Assembly (NCBI GenBank): GCA_964016885.1
Contig: OZ024753.1
Location: forward strand, 6,138,001-6,202,000
Source: Eledone cirrhosa
Taxonomy: Eukaryota
Direction: 5' to 3'
DNA: 64,000 bases
Made by a program: the position numbers and the translations under genes. The notes below the pieces were generated by a model. It made no database searches and was not told the origin of the DNA. It worked only from the letters and a program-made list of their open reading frames with translations. Position 1 is the first letter of the stretch, and every line of letters starts with the position of its first letter. Below are positions 27,213-40,639 of the stretch, one piece after another.

Positions 27213-27740
27213 ATGTGTGTGTGTGTTTATGGGTGTGTGTGTGTGTGTGTGTGTTTATATTTGTGTGTGAGTGACAGTTTGTATTTGTGTGTGTGTGACC
27301 GAGTGTTTGTGTGCGTGTTCGTGTGTTTGTGTGTGTGTGTGTGTGTGGTCGTGTGTGTTCGCGTGTGTGTTCGCGTGTGTGTTCGTGTGTGTGTGCTCGC
27401 GTGTGTGTGTGTGCTCGCGCGTGTGTGTGTGCTCGCGCGTGTGTGTGTGCTCGCGCGTGTGTGTGTGCTCTCGCGTGTTCGTGTGTGTGTTCGTGTGTGT
27501 GTTCGTGTGTGTGTTCGTGTGTGTTCGTGTTCGTGTGTGTGTTCGTGTGTGTGTCCGTGTGTGTGTCCGTGTGTGTGTCCGTGTGTGTGTGTGTTCGTGT
27601 GTGTGTGTGTGTTCGTGTGTGTGTGTGTGTTCGTGTGTGTGTGTGTTCGTGTGTGTTCGTGTGTGTTCGTGTGTGTGTGTGTGTGTGTGTTCGTGTTCGT
27701 GTGATTTTGTGTGTTCGTGTAATTTTGTGTTTGTGTATTT
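27213..27740. repeat. (GT)n/TTCGTG compound microsatellite
   Basis: Direct inspection. Confidence 0.9.
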
Positions 27741-28102
27741 TGATGCATAGGTGTTCGGGTTTTCGTGTATTTATGGACGTCTGTCTGTGTTTCTATACAC
27801 GTTCGTGTTCTTCATGTTTATATATAAGTAATGGAGTTGTGATGTGATCATCTTCATAGTTAGCTATGAGGAACCGACGTTGCAGCAAACTATATGATCA
27901 AAGGCATTTATCTTTGGAAATAACTCAAATAGAAGATGATATTGGTGACGTTATACTTGCTTATTCTGACATAATTAGTTGGACATGTGCCAAACAACTA
28001 ATTGTGTATCCTCCTTTATATACATTACACTTTAATCTGAGACCAGTTTTAATATTGCCTTCATGGTCTGCAAACGCTCATTGATCAGACACACACATAT
28101 AT

Positions 28103-28140
<38 letters not shown>

Positions 28141-28202
28141 TGATTGAGTGAGAAAATTACCGAAGATGTGTCCATTCTATTCGATAAGCTTCCTCCCTTA
28201 AT

Positions 28203-28243
<41 letters not shown>

Positions 28244-28337
28244 AACATATATGTATATATATATATATACACACACAAACATGTGTGTATATATATACAC
28301 ACACAAACATATGTATAAATATATATATATGCAAACA

Positions 28338-28394
<57 letters not shown>

Positions 28395-28445
28395 GCAAAC
28401 ACATATGTGTGTGTATATATATATATATATACACACACACAAACA

Positions 28446-28497
<52 letters not shown>

Positions 28498-28507
28498 AAC
28501 ATATGTG

Positions 28508-28551
<44 letters not shown>

Positions 28552-28552
28552 A

Positions 28553-29125
28553 TATGGTGTCTGCCAACTCGTTTTCGAGTACGGCCACTACTTTATATCC
28601 CTGTAGGAGAACCCTTACCGATGCACTGAACGAGTGTGACTTTTTAGTCCAGCCAGCGACTTGAAACTCTGGTACAAACACTACACTTGTGACAATTATT
28701 GACACATAGTGTTGGGCCCATGGTACCATGTGATGACAAGTGCAGAGAGATCTCCAGATATAAAGTAATGCCTGTGCCGTGAAGATTTTATAGTGAGCAA
28801 AGGCACTGCACAAAGCCAGTCCCACTCTCTTAACCAAGATGATATTTACCAAAAAGAACAAGTCAACATCATTGGATACCATCAGGGTTGCAGGTGTTAT
28901 ATCAGAGTTTTCCTTCTTCTAGAATTCTGCCTTGACAAAGGCTAAGGGGTCATCTCTCCCAGTGATTTTGGATGGCCATTGACTCTTAAGAGCGCCTTTG
29001 CCCTTTGACAGGTTTTGTTTTTAGTCCTGCAGGATGTCCAAAGTCACCCTCCTCACCAAGAAACCTTGGTGGGGTTGCCAGTTTAGTCGCCAACGACCCG
29101 ACCATGAGAAAGGTTGTACTGGGAT
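28553..29125 (-). mobile_element. bipartite RTE-derived element, family X
   Basis: Reverse complement of 46152-46750; TA microsatellite on both flanks. Confidence 0.9.
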
Positions 29126-29226
29126 ACATATATATATATATATATACATACATATCTACATATGTATATATATATATATATACATATGTATGTATATATA
29201 TATACATACATACATACGTACATATG

Positions 29227-29263
<37 letters not shown>

Positions 29264-29427
29264 ACACATACATGCCTACATATGTATGTATATATATATA
29301 TTACAAACCTACTTACTACCTGCATATGTGTGTATACACGTAGACATATGTTGGCTAGAATGTGTACACACCAAAATATAAAGGTACGTATCTTGCAGTC
29401 TTTCTAGCTGTCCACTTATTTGCGATA

Positions 29428-29464
<37 letters not shown>

Positions 29465-29467
<3 letters not shown>

Positions 29468-29563
29468 CGAAGGAAATGTGGTAAGGAACCAGGTGGACCA
29501 TAACGCACCAAAGTACTCGATACTTAGAGTAGTAGAGTGGGTAATAGGAACAAGTAAGACCCC
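29465..29563 (-). mobile_element. solo family B copy starting at the predicted HHR cleavage site
   Basis: Minus strand (TA)n-T-GGGGTCTTACTTGTTCCTATTACCCAC...TTCCTTCGTTA-(TA)n; matches 22284-22372. Confidence 0.8.
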
Positions 29564-30119
29564 ATATATATATATATATATAGATATAGATATATATATA
29601 GATAGAGAGAGAGATTTATTCTATTATTGGCTCTCTAATCAATTTCTTCTTAACTCTATCAGTTCACTGTAATATAGACCCACATGTATATTTCTAATTA
29701 TATTTCAAAAACACCATCCATTCTTCCTCTACCATACGCAACTGCCTACAACCACACACAAACATTGCTCGGGCCTTGCAAAGTTCCACTTTATTAGCAT
29801 GAGGGCAGACGAAGAAACCGACTAAGGGTGACGAGCGGTAGCAACTAAACAACAGAAGATAATTTCAAGGGGATATTGCGCGGATGTGCTAAAACGTTCA
29901 TATTCTTAATAAGTGATACTAGAGAGCTAAAATCTTGCATGCAATCATTTCAACACTTATTAGCATCTGCATTGTTTCTTTACGGGGAATATGATGAAAA
30001 ATAAACCTCATTTGATCATTCCATAAGAATATCTTTGTCAGCCTATGAAGTTATTACCTTTGAACCTTTCAGCTGACCCCTATATATTCCCCTATTTAAA
30101 TACGTGAAATAACATGTTC

Positions 30120-30760
30120 ACTGTTACATTGTTCATATTTATTTAGATATATTGTCTGCTACGTGTTTACTAATTTATAACATCCCATATTTAAAGAGTG
30201 GTCTGTACTGCGATGGCTGTTCTTTTGCCCTAGAATACAAGAAACACAAAATAGCACGTACTAGAAAAGACGTTACTCTTTCAGCTGTTCCGGGCCATCC
30301 GGCTGAGGCATACTTATATAAACTTTATTTTTAATTATAACTTAAATATAACTATTGGTTTGAACACTAATTTGGTCAATTTTCTAGATGACACCTTAGA
30401 TCTACTATCAAGAACTTACATACCATACCATAAAGCAGGGAGATATATTTGCTATGGCGATAGGAAACTAAACCACCCTAAATCTATTCTTAATTCTATA
30501 GTATTAAGTGTGTCTTTAATAGGATTAGCACATTATCATATAATGAAACAGTATTTAATCAAAATGCTACATATTCCAACGAGGCTTTATCTCGCTCAGG
30601 ACACAAGGATACGATTTAGTATAAGGATGGTAATATGGATGTTAATCAACCAAACAATATAGTTATGAATAATCTGAAATCAAAACATAATTGTAATATA
30701 ATCCCCGCAACCGTATAACAAATAGGAATATACCGACTAACTCGAACAGTATAGTAAGTA
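30120..30760 (+). mobile_element. Penelope-like element RT/thumb fragment, decayed
   Basis: SGLYCDG (about GLYRDDG) and VNFLDDTLDL..TYIPYHK..YI...NHPKSILNSI, typical PLE RT C-terminal motifs. Confidence 0.7.
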
Positions 30761-30887
30761 ATAGTTTCTACTTTGGGCACAAGGACAGCGATTAAGCCAG
30801 TGCATTACTGGTACTTTATTTTACCGACCCCTGTTTCACAGTTCTTATGCTTTTCAAAAGTAAAATTGAGATGGAGGATATATATAT

Positions 30888-31040
30888 ATTAATATAACAA
30901 ATTAAAGTTTAAGCAAATAATCGCTGCTTTCACCCTTAACGGGATCTTCTGAAGATCCCGTTAAGGGTGAACGTAGCGATTATTTGCTTAAACTTTAATC
31001 TGTTATGTTAATAAATATGTGCTCTATGGTTTTATATATT
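30888..31040 (+). mobile_element. fold-back element, family C, with HHR motif
   Basis: About 62-bp arms centred at 30950; CTGAAGA-TCCCGTTAAGGGT-GAA-CGTA on the + strand, GAAA intact on the mirror arm. Confidence 0.7.
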
Positions 31041-31762
31041 TTGATATATATATATTATCCTTACCGAGCCCTCTTTGGATTTTAGTCTTCACATTTATTA
31101 TTATTACTATATATATATATATATAAATTGTACAGATGTTTGAAACTAGACCATATGAGAGTGTGATGTACTGTAAAGAAATAAGATTTATGGACGTAAT
31201 TTAAATAATTAAATAAGTAAAGTCAATAACGAATACCGAAGAGTTATGTTAAGGAAATAGAAAAATAGAAAAGGAAACTGAAGGTTAATAAAGACCCACG
31301 TGACAGGGATCTTTTATAAAATCTAACAAACATATAAACCAATTTAATTTATGTGAAACTCGAATGTTTCAAGCAGAAAAAAAATAACAAAAAAATTGTA
31401 TCGAGAGTTAAAAGAAACAATATTTTGTATGCTACATTGAGAAACATTAAACAAACAAACAAAATCCTGGTTCTTTCGAAAATATAGAAAGAAAAGAAAC
31501 ATGACTGTAAGTGATTTACAATAAATGCTGTAGAAAAGTCTGTTGTCAGAAGTGCAACGAAATATATGGTGACACTTCTTAATAGACTGTAAGTTGGAAT
31601 TGATTTAGACGAATGTTCTGGGAACTGCTTATTGTTAAAATTGTCCTTACTTTCACTTGAATATGGTAGATGTTATTAACGAAGGTATAATGGCATATGC
31701 GTTACGAACATCTATTTCTCTCGCTGTCGCTCCTTACACACATACATACACACACACACACA

Positions 31763-31829
<67 letters not shown>

Positions 31830-33076
31830 ACATACACACATACACACACACACTATTGACTTTATTTTTCATAATTGAATAAACTTCCTTTCAAAATAGT
31901 GAAATATATTCATAGGATAAAATTACAGAAAAATAAGGAATTTAGTATTTGATAAAACATACAGAAAAGAAAGCAGCATTGGAAAGAGAAGGTTGGTGGG
32001 AAAAGAAAGGAAATTGCAAGGCAATTAGGCAACGGAAGAAAGAAAGGGGTGACTCGGGTGTTGAACATAGGACAGAAAATAACCCATTTTTATTGCTTTT
32101 CAAACAAACGATTTCAGCAAAAGTGATTATTTTATTTATTTTATTTAACAATACTTAGCAAGAATTATCAATAAATGCCAGTGAAATATTTCATTTGAGG
32201 TTTTTGTTTTTTGCATATTTAATATTCCTCACTAAAATTGATATTACAATAAAATGTATTTGAAAGGCAGTAACTTGTAATTCGCTCTCAATATATATTG
32301 TTTGCATAAACAGAATCTCTTATATATCTGCTGTAGAAAAACTGTGCATATAAACGTCTGCTTTCGATCATATTTGATGTGCAAGCTTCAACCATACATT
32401 TGTATTTCATAATATAATACAAGAGAAATAATTTTTTGTATATATTACTGCAGAAATGAGTTTTCCCCATTTTTCAGGATCAGACTTCCCTTTAATATGC
32501 ATTTTCCCTCTCGTTCCTCCATTCCTTGACTCTATTTTCCTAAGTAACCTTCCTTTCTTTTAATTCTTTCCATGCTTACATCATACTTCCTTTTTCTCTT
32601 TCGGTCTTCTCCCCACCTTTTTTTTTTGCTTTCTTTTTATGCACGAATCATATTGATATATTTCAGAAAAAAATCCCACCTTCTCAGCATCAGATACAAG
32701 GGATTGGCACGAAATAGCGAACATCACATTAAAATCCATTGAATCATATTTTAAATCTGCGAATGTGTGTTATTTTCCACATGTTTAAAACGCTTGTTTT
32801 GATATAATGTTTGTTGGAAGGGCAACATAAGGCAGCAGCCTTTGTCCTCAACAAATGACTTCATAATATTTGGGCTTTCGGCCCAAATACGTATTTTTAT
32901 ACTTTTAACTTGCACACAGCCTCCAAACAATTTTGACAAATGCAGGTACAAACTCCATTCCAGTGAACAGAACAACCAAACTAATGGCAAGGCCACCACG
33001 TCAGATACCACAAACTCCGTCGCCAATATCAACAGCACAAAGAAAATACGAAACCGAATATTGTTATTATTAATAA

Positions 33077-33735
33077 TTATTTCTACTTTTGGCACAAGGC
33101 CGACAATTATCCCAGTGCATTACTGGTACTTTATTTTATCGACCTCGTAAGAATATTATTATTAATAATGATGAGGGGTGGTAGATTGGCAGTATCGGTA
33201 GAGGGTCGGATGCCATGCTTTCCAGCATAGTTACGTCCCTTTACGATCTGAGTTCAAATCCCGCCGAGGTTGACTTTGCCTTTCATCCTTACAGGGTCAA
33301 TAAAATAAAGTACCAGTAATGCACTGGGTGGTTGCTGGCCTTGTCCCTAAAATAGAAACAATTATTAATAATGATATAAATAACAATACTACTAAAAATA
33401 ATAATGATTTCTTTAGTCACTGTAAGGGTTAACATTAAAAGAATTTTAGGATGGCACAAGACGAAAACTGTGTGTACTGGAGTGTGGGTTTTGCGTGTAA
33501 ATAGATTCAACAATAGTAAAAGGAAGGGTAGGAATAAAAAAATTAAGAGACGAAGGATGGATGGTCGTAGGAAAACACATAAAATCATTAACATTTTATA
33601 ATTGTTTCAACTTTCGGCAAAAGCCAGCAGTCACCCCAGTGCATTACTGGTACTTTATTTCATCGACCCCGTAAGGAAGAAATTCAGAGTTAACCTCGGC
33701 GGGATTTGAACTCAGAACGTAAAGGGCCATGACTA
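33077..33735. mobile_element. cluster of three tRNA-type SINE copies (33077-33150 -, 33178-33365 +, 33600-33735 -)
   Basis: Core and tail matches. Confidence 0.85.
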
Positions 33736-34110
33736 TATGTTAATAATAAACGATAACAATGCTTTCCAATTCAGGCACAAGTCCAGCGATTCATGGAAAT
33801 GAAACATTGCCAACATTCTCCCCGTTAAACACGATCCGCAGTTTATCTTCATCAGTCTATCTATCCTATGGATGTCATGCAAGACAAGTGGATGTACAAA
33901 TGCTTTGCAGCGTTTGTTTATTACATTTACGGGATAAGAGATCTACTTTAGACGAATTTATCTTTGAATTCACTCGTTTGATTGTCGATAACGTAATTAA
34001 GTAGAAGAAAAGGAATTACACACTTTTATCGATCACTACAATCACATTTCGATAAGTCTGCCTTATTTGATTGGCTATTATGTTAATGTTATGGATTGTT
34101 ATTCTTACAG

Positions 34111-34327
34111 GCAATTGCGTTAAGCTTGCAACAAAGACGGTGGATAATTTCAATGTGAAACAAAATAGAATTTCAATTATATACATTCACTTTTATGCAT
34201 CCACCAATGGAACTGCCTCACTTTGTGTTCTGATTAATATAACAGATAATAGTTATTCAGAATCTATAGTAGCATTGATGATTACAGAAAGGCGTGGAAA
34301 TAGTCGTATTTTCACAGAAAAAAAAAT
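34111..34327 (+). CDS. candidate internal exon, beta-rich with N-glycosylation sequons
   Basis: Strong acceptor TTATTCTTACAG and donor AT|GTAAGA; 217 nt open only in the phase-1 frame: NCVKLATKTVDNFNVKQNRISIIYIHFYASTNGTASLCVLINITDNSYSESIVALMITERRGNSRIFTEKK. Confidence 0.45.
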
Positions 34328-34589
34328 GTAAGATAATGAATATATTTGAAAATCAAATTCGCTCAGAATTGTTTTTCTTTTATAGTCAAGATATCAATAT
34401 AGTTTAGTTATTTGCTTTCAAGGAAGTAATTATCGCTTAGGCAATTGATGTATATGAAAAGGTATGTATGGACCAGTAACTCGTGGAGTCGTAGCGGTAT
34501 AGGGCGTTTCTATGGCAGTTTGCAGCTCTGAAGAGCAAGTTTTTTAAAAAGAAAGATAGAGCGGGTGAGAGAATGGAAGTGAGAAAGAG

Positions 34590-34750
34590 GAATAATCGAC
34601 CCCAGTGTGTAGACTGGTACATTTTTTCGACCTTAAATGGATGGAAAGCAAATTTGTTCTCGGCTAGATTTAAATACACAGCAGAGAGTCGGAACGAATA
34701 CTGCAAAACGTTATATCCGATTTTCTAACGACTCTGACAATTTGCCGCCT
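34590..34750 (-). mobile_element. older tRNA-type SINE
   Basis: ATCGACCCCAGTG..ACTGGTAC..TTTCGACC..GGATGGAAAGCAAA. Confidence 0.65.
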
Positions 34751-35379
34751 AAATGCGTTAATACAAATTGCCATGTTTATCTCATGTATGTACATTGTGT
34801 AGTTCAATGCCTATTGTAAATATTCTCCTCCTATACATCATTACTTCATTATTCAGGTTATCAAATACATTGATGTTAATCTATATACAACTAAAACTCT
34901 GTTATTTGTCTTGTATGTAATTTAATACAGCCAAAACGGTGCATAATGGGAAAATACTTTGAAAGGAAGTGTCCATGAAATGGGAATACAAATGGAATAA
35001 AACAAGTTTCGCGTAAATCGGGGCATGGGTTCTTGAGAAGTTTTTCCGGGTATCTTCATAAATAGTGAGAAATATAGAAAGAGATAGTGGTTGTGCGAGA
35101 GTAGATTGAGACAGAGAGAGAGAGGGAGACATGAATGAGATATGGAAAAAGACAGCTGTAAAAATTATTTTTAAGTGATCATGACCGAACAGGTGACGGG
35201 TGGTGTAGTACACGTCTCCTGATGTCAAACCAACCGTTTATGAACACAAAGGACCTAAACATATGGCAGATATATATTATAGTCTCACCATATTTTGAAA
35301 ATCTCACTCCCTACATCGTTTACCCGGGATTAGTTTACTTAATCTATATTACATTACTGATATCGCAGAGGGTGATGGC

Positions 35380-36005
35380 TTTTACGTTCTGAGTTAAATC
35401 ACGACGAGGTTAACTTAGCCTTTCATTCTTACGGGGTCGATAAAATAACGTACCAGTCACGCAATGGGGTCGATTTAATCGACTTTCCGTTCCCCAGAAA
35501 TTACTGGCCTCGATTATTACTGGTTCGATTCACAAATCTCGACGAGATCGCCCTCTCGGTGTAGATGAAATAAAGTACGGCTATAATCGACTTTCCCTTT
35601 CTCTACAAAACTGTTAGCAGGGCGGTGAATTGGCAGTATCGGTAGAGGGTTGGACGCCATGCTCTCTAGCGTAGTTACGTCCCATTACAGTCTGAGTTAA
35701 AATCCCGCCGAGGATAACTTTGCCTTTCATCCTTATGGGGTCGTTAAAATAAAGTACCACTAATGTACTGGGTAATTGCTGGCCTTGTGCCAAAAGTGGA
35801 AACAATTATTCCATAAGGATTATGGATTGGCGGTATCGGTAGTGTCAGACACCATGCTTTGAATCGTAGTTATAGCCCTTTACGGTCTGAGTTCAAATCA
35901 TACCGAAGTTAACTTTGCCTTTCATCATTACGAGGTCGATAAAATAAAGTACCAGTAATGTACTGTGATAATTGCGGGCCTTGTGCCAAAAGTAGAAACA
36001 ATTAT
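35380..36005 (+). mobile_element. tandem tRNA-type SINE copies (35380-35510, 35620-35810, 35823-36005)
   Basis: Three cores in the same orientation. Confidence 0.85.
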
Positions 36006-36094
36006 TCCTAAATTATACACTAGAAAAACAGCATCAAGTAGAAAAACATGAACTACTCTCACTACTGACAGTATTTGTGGCAATATTAGTACTA

Positions 36095-36560
36095 GCAGTA
36101 GTTGTATGAGTAAGATGATTAGTAGTTGTAGTATTAGTAGTAGAATGCTGCAGCAGTAGTAGTAGTAGTAGTAGTAGCAGTAGTTGTATGAGTAAGATGA
36201 TTAGTAGTTGTAGTATTAGTAGTAGAATGCTGCAGCAGTAGTAGTAGTAGTAGTAGTAGCAGTAGTTGTATGAGTAAGATGATTAGTAGTTGTAGTATTA
36301 GTAGTAGAATGCTGCAGCAGTAGTAGTAGTAGTAGTAGTAGCAGTAGTTGTATGAGTAAGATGATTAGTAGTTGTAGTATTAGTAGTAGAATGCTGCAGC
36401 AGTAGTAGTAGTAGTAGTAGTAGCAGCAGTTGTATGAGTAAGATGATTAGTAGTTGTAGTATTAGTAGTAGAATGCTGCAGCAGTAGTAGTATTAGTAGT
36501 AGAATGCTGCAGCAGTAGTAGTAGTAGTAGAATGCTGCAGCAGTAGTAGTAGTAGTAGCA
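36095..36560. repeat. 82-bp higher-order repeat built on (AGT)n, about 5 copies
   Basis: GTTGTATGAGTAAGATG recurs at 36101, 36183, 36265, 36347 and 36429. Confidence 0.92.
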
Positions 36561-36859
36561 TTATGGCTGTTACTGCTGTCGTCGTTGCTGCTGTGACTGA
36601 TATCAATCTAATTGTAGTTATTGCAGTTAGTATTATTCATATATCGCATTGTTCTTCTTGTTTGTGTTCCAATATTTGGTGTAGAGATGTCGTTACTGTT
36701 AATCAAGTCATATTTAATTTTTCCTCTTTTACACCTGTTAATACACTGTTTGTTTATTCCTACATAATTACTGAATTCTAACAATTAAATGTTAATTCAC
36801 AAAGAGAATTTACCTGGGAGCATTTTCATAAAGGATTCTTCTTCACTTACTAAACATAA

Positions 36860-36876
36860 CTAACTTTATATATATA

Positions 36877-36909
<33 letters not shown>

Positions 36910-37600
36910 ATGTGCATATACACATGTACAAACATAATGTATATATATGTATATACATGTATGTGTATGTATGTATATATATATATAGATGTATATACAT
37001 GTATGTGCATGTGTATATATATATGTATGTATATACATGTATGTACATGTGCATGTATATATATATGTATATACTTACATTGTTGTACATGTGCATATAT
37101 ATATATACTTATGTACATGTGCATGTATATATTTGTATGTAGATGTGCATGTATGTGTATGTATATACATATGCATGTATGTGTATGTATATACATGTTC
37201 ATGTATGTGTATGTATATACATGTGCATGTATGTATATACATGTGCATGTATGTATATACATGTGCATGTATGTATATACATGTGCATGTATGTATATAC
37301 ATGTGCATGTATGTATATACATGTGCATGTATGTATATACATGTGCATGTATGTATATACATGTGCATGTATGTATATACATGTGCATGTATGTATATAC
37401 ATGTGCATGTATGTATATACATGTGCATGTATGTATATACATGTGCATGTGTGCATGTGCATGTGTGCATGTGCATGTATGTGCATGTGCATGTGCATGT
37501 ATATGCATGCATGTATGTATATGCATGCATGTATGCATATGCATGCATGTATGCATATGCATGCATGTATGCATATGCATGCATGTATGCATATGCATGT
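36860..37600. repeat. purine-pyrimidine minisatellite including 20-bp ATGTGCATGTATGTATATAC units
   Basis: Direct inspection. Confidence 0.92.
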
Positions 37601-38204
37601 CCGAGTTGGATTATATGGCTGACAATCATACGAACGCGTGTTCAAATCTGGGAACCCGCCACATCCAGGGCTCAGCAAACTTCGTTCATATTCACTCGCT
37701 TGGCAAAAATCAGTTCCTGCAGCTCGAAGCGTTAACACTGCCTGTATGTTCTGCGTGTCTCTAATGAAAGATTCCCAAATCATGAAGCAGTTGTCTTGTC
37801 CGACATTCTCAAAACGTGTTGGCAACTCGGTGATTTATATTCCTCTTCTTTGCCAATTTATACCTAAGAGGGTCATCCGTGTAGATTCCTCAAACAGTGG
37901 GTCCTTTCAGGAGCAACCGCCCCAGCTCATGCATGTTATCCAACCATTTTACTCGAAATGCATCGAAGACAATTAGCCCATTTGCTTCTGCCGGTGCTCG
38001 CTCAGCGGCGCTCACTTTCAGTCTTTATTCATAGCTGAGGCTTTCTAAACATTTAAGACAAATAGGATTTATTAAACATACTTTAGATATTCGAAACTCA
38101 CATACGTATTTGTAGGCAGCAAGGTGAAAGCTAAATTCTGATGTATATATAGATACATGTATATATATAGAGAAATGTATATATAGATACATGTATATAT
38201 TTAT

Positions 38205-38390
38205 GTATTAGTAGTTCCACAACAGTTAATACACCGTTTCCGAAAACAATTTATTTCACCTCAAAAGGATCATCGAAGTGAAACAAAATGTTCTCGGAAA
38301 TGTATTAACTGTTGTGGCAATACTACCAAACTCGTCCCATGGACTGAGTGCTCTACTACTACGGACATAATCCACCAGGGTTACACCACT
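38205..38390 (+). mobile_element. fold-back element, family D, degenerate HHR
   Basis: About 50-bp imperfect arms; minus strand CGATGA-TCCTTTTGAGGT-GAAA; plus strand GAAACAAAATGTTCTCGG; tail CTGAGTGCTCTACTACTACGG; (TA)n flank. Confidence 0.6.
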
Positions 38391-38456
38391 ATATATATAT
38401 TTAAATATATATATATATATATATTTAAATATATATATATATATTATATTTATATA

Positions 38457-38502
<46 letters not shown>

Positions 38503-38628
38503 CTTATATTTATATATACTTATATTTATATATATATTTATATATATATTTATATATATATTTATATTTATATATATTTATATATATTTATATATATTTA
38601 TATATATTTATATATATTTATATATATT

Positions 38629-38721
<93 letters not shown>

Positions 38722-38894
38722 ATATTTATATATTTATATATTTATATGTATATATATATATATATAATTATATATATTTATATATATCCTCCGTATTCAC
38801 AATCTTTGCTCTCAAATACAGGAAATCCTCAACCAATTCCAGCGGCTTCCCGCCTACATTAGTGATCCCCTCTGGCTTCTCAACATTCTCTACC

Positions 38895-39135
38895 AGAGGA
38901 GACTGAGGTTAGCTGGACATGCTCACCGACATCCAGAGTTGACATTGCACTCAGTACTTCTTTGGGAGCCCCTACATGGACACACTAGAAGAGGAAGACC
39001 AAGGTTAACGTATGTTGATGCCCTCAGGACAGACACTGGTCTGTTGGAGATGCAGGACATGGCAGCGATAATGAGGGACAGAGATCGCTGGAGAGAACTC
39101 GTCCATGGATCTCGGGAATTTTACCCGCCTTAGAT
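38895..39135 (+). mobile_element. RTE/RTEX-like LINE 3' end
   Basis: [56 protein letters not shown]; ends CCGCCTTAG followed by TA-rich sequence. Confidence 0.85.
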
Positions 39136-39170
39136 ATATGTATATTTATATATTTATATATTTATATATA

Positions 39171-39206
<36 letters not shown>

Positions 39207-39465
39207 TTATATATATATATTTAAGAGAAAGAAAAGAAGAGATGAGAGAGAGGAAGATCGTGTGTGAACAAACGAGATAAATGTGACAAAGATCATTATT
39301 AATGGATATATAGACGCAGACACGTACACACGCAGACACACGTACACACGCACGTACGTGCAGACAGACACACGCACACATATATATATAAGCTTTTGGG
39401 AGTGTATATGTATATCATTCAATCTATCTAAATATATATAGCAGCTTGTGAGTGTGTAGGTGTGG

Positions 39466-39506
<41 letters not shown>

Positions 39507-39516
39507 TATATGATCT

Positions 39517-39548
<32 letters not shown>

Positions 39549-39550
<2 letters not shown>

Positions 39551-39731
39551 CGTTATTCCGGGTTGAATCGGAGGTAACCACAGTAAGTAAGGTACTCAAT
39601 ACATAGCAGAGTATAAAAGTTTTAATATAGATGAGATTCTACAGGACTAGAACTGTTTCATTCATTAGAAATCATGATTTCTAATGAATGAAACAGTTCT
39701 AGTCCTGTAGAATCTCATCTATATTAAAACT
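39549..39731 (-). mobile_element. family A fold-back element containing a perfect 114-bp palindrome (39618-39731)
   Basis: Arms are exact reverse complements around TCA|TGA; the axis falls in the CTGATGA core. Confidence 0.85.
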
Positions 39732-39861
39732 ATATATATATATTTATCAGCTGTTGTGTATGTGTGTGTGTGTGTAAATATATATATATATATATTTATC
39801 ACCTGTTGTGTATGTATGTATATATATATATAAATATGTAAGCTTGTTAGTGGGTATGTGC

Positions 39862-39896
<35 letters not shown>

Positions 39897-39943
39897 TATA
39901 TATATGTATATATAAATATATAAGCTTGTTAGTGGGTATGTGC

Positions 39944-39998
<55 letters not shown>

Positions 39999-40267
39999 TA
40001 TACATATATACACGTATAAGCATCAGAGATTTTCTGAGATAAATGATGTCAATTTCGTGACAATTCTCTTCGATGCAATTTGTCTCTTAATGGATGATTA
40101 GTCTTATTACGTTGAGAGAATAGAAACCGAGAATCTGTGACACTTCACGAAACGCCACGGGCTTTGCTAATACAATTACATCTACATTCTATATATAATT
40201 TAGAACAGCACACACATACATATACACACACCTCTGTATGTATGTATGTATATATATATATATATAT

Positions 40268-40305
<38 letters not shown>

Positions 40306-40474
40306 ATATGAAATTTGTAGTGAGGCATTAATAAACTTTTTCCTACAAATGTCATACTTGGTGACCCAATATGTATGTATGTATGTATATATATGTACAT
40401 ATATATATACATTAACAAACACACACATACATGCATATCTATATATATCGATGCATACAAAAGCACGCACAGAC

Positions 40475-40516
<42 letters not shown>

Positions 40517-40639
40517 ACGCACACACACACACACACACTGTTATGCTTTGGGAGGGTCATGTTGCCAATAAGAAACACACGTACCACATGTTTCACTTAA
40601 ATTTATTATAATACATGTATAAATTTAGGAATTTATAAA

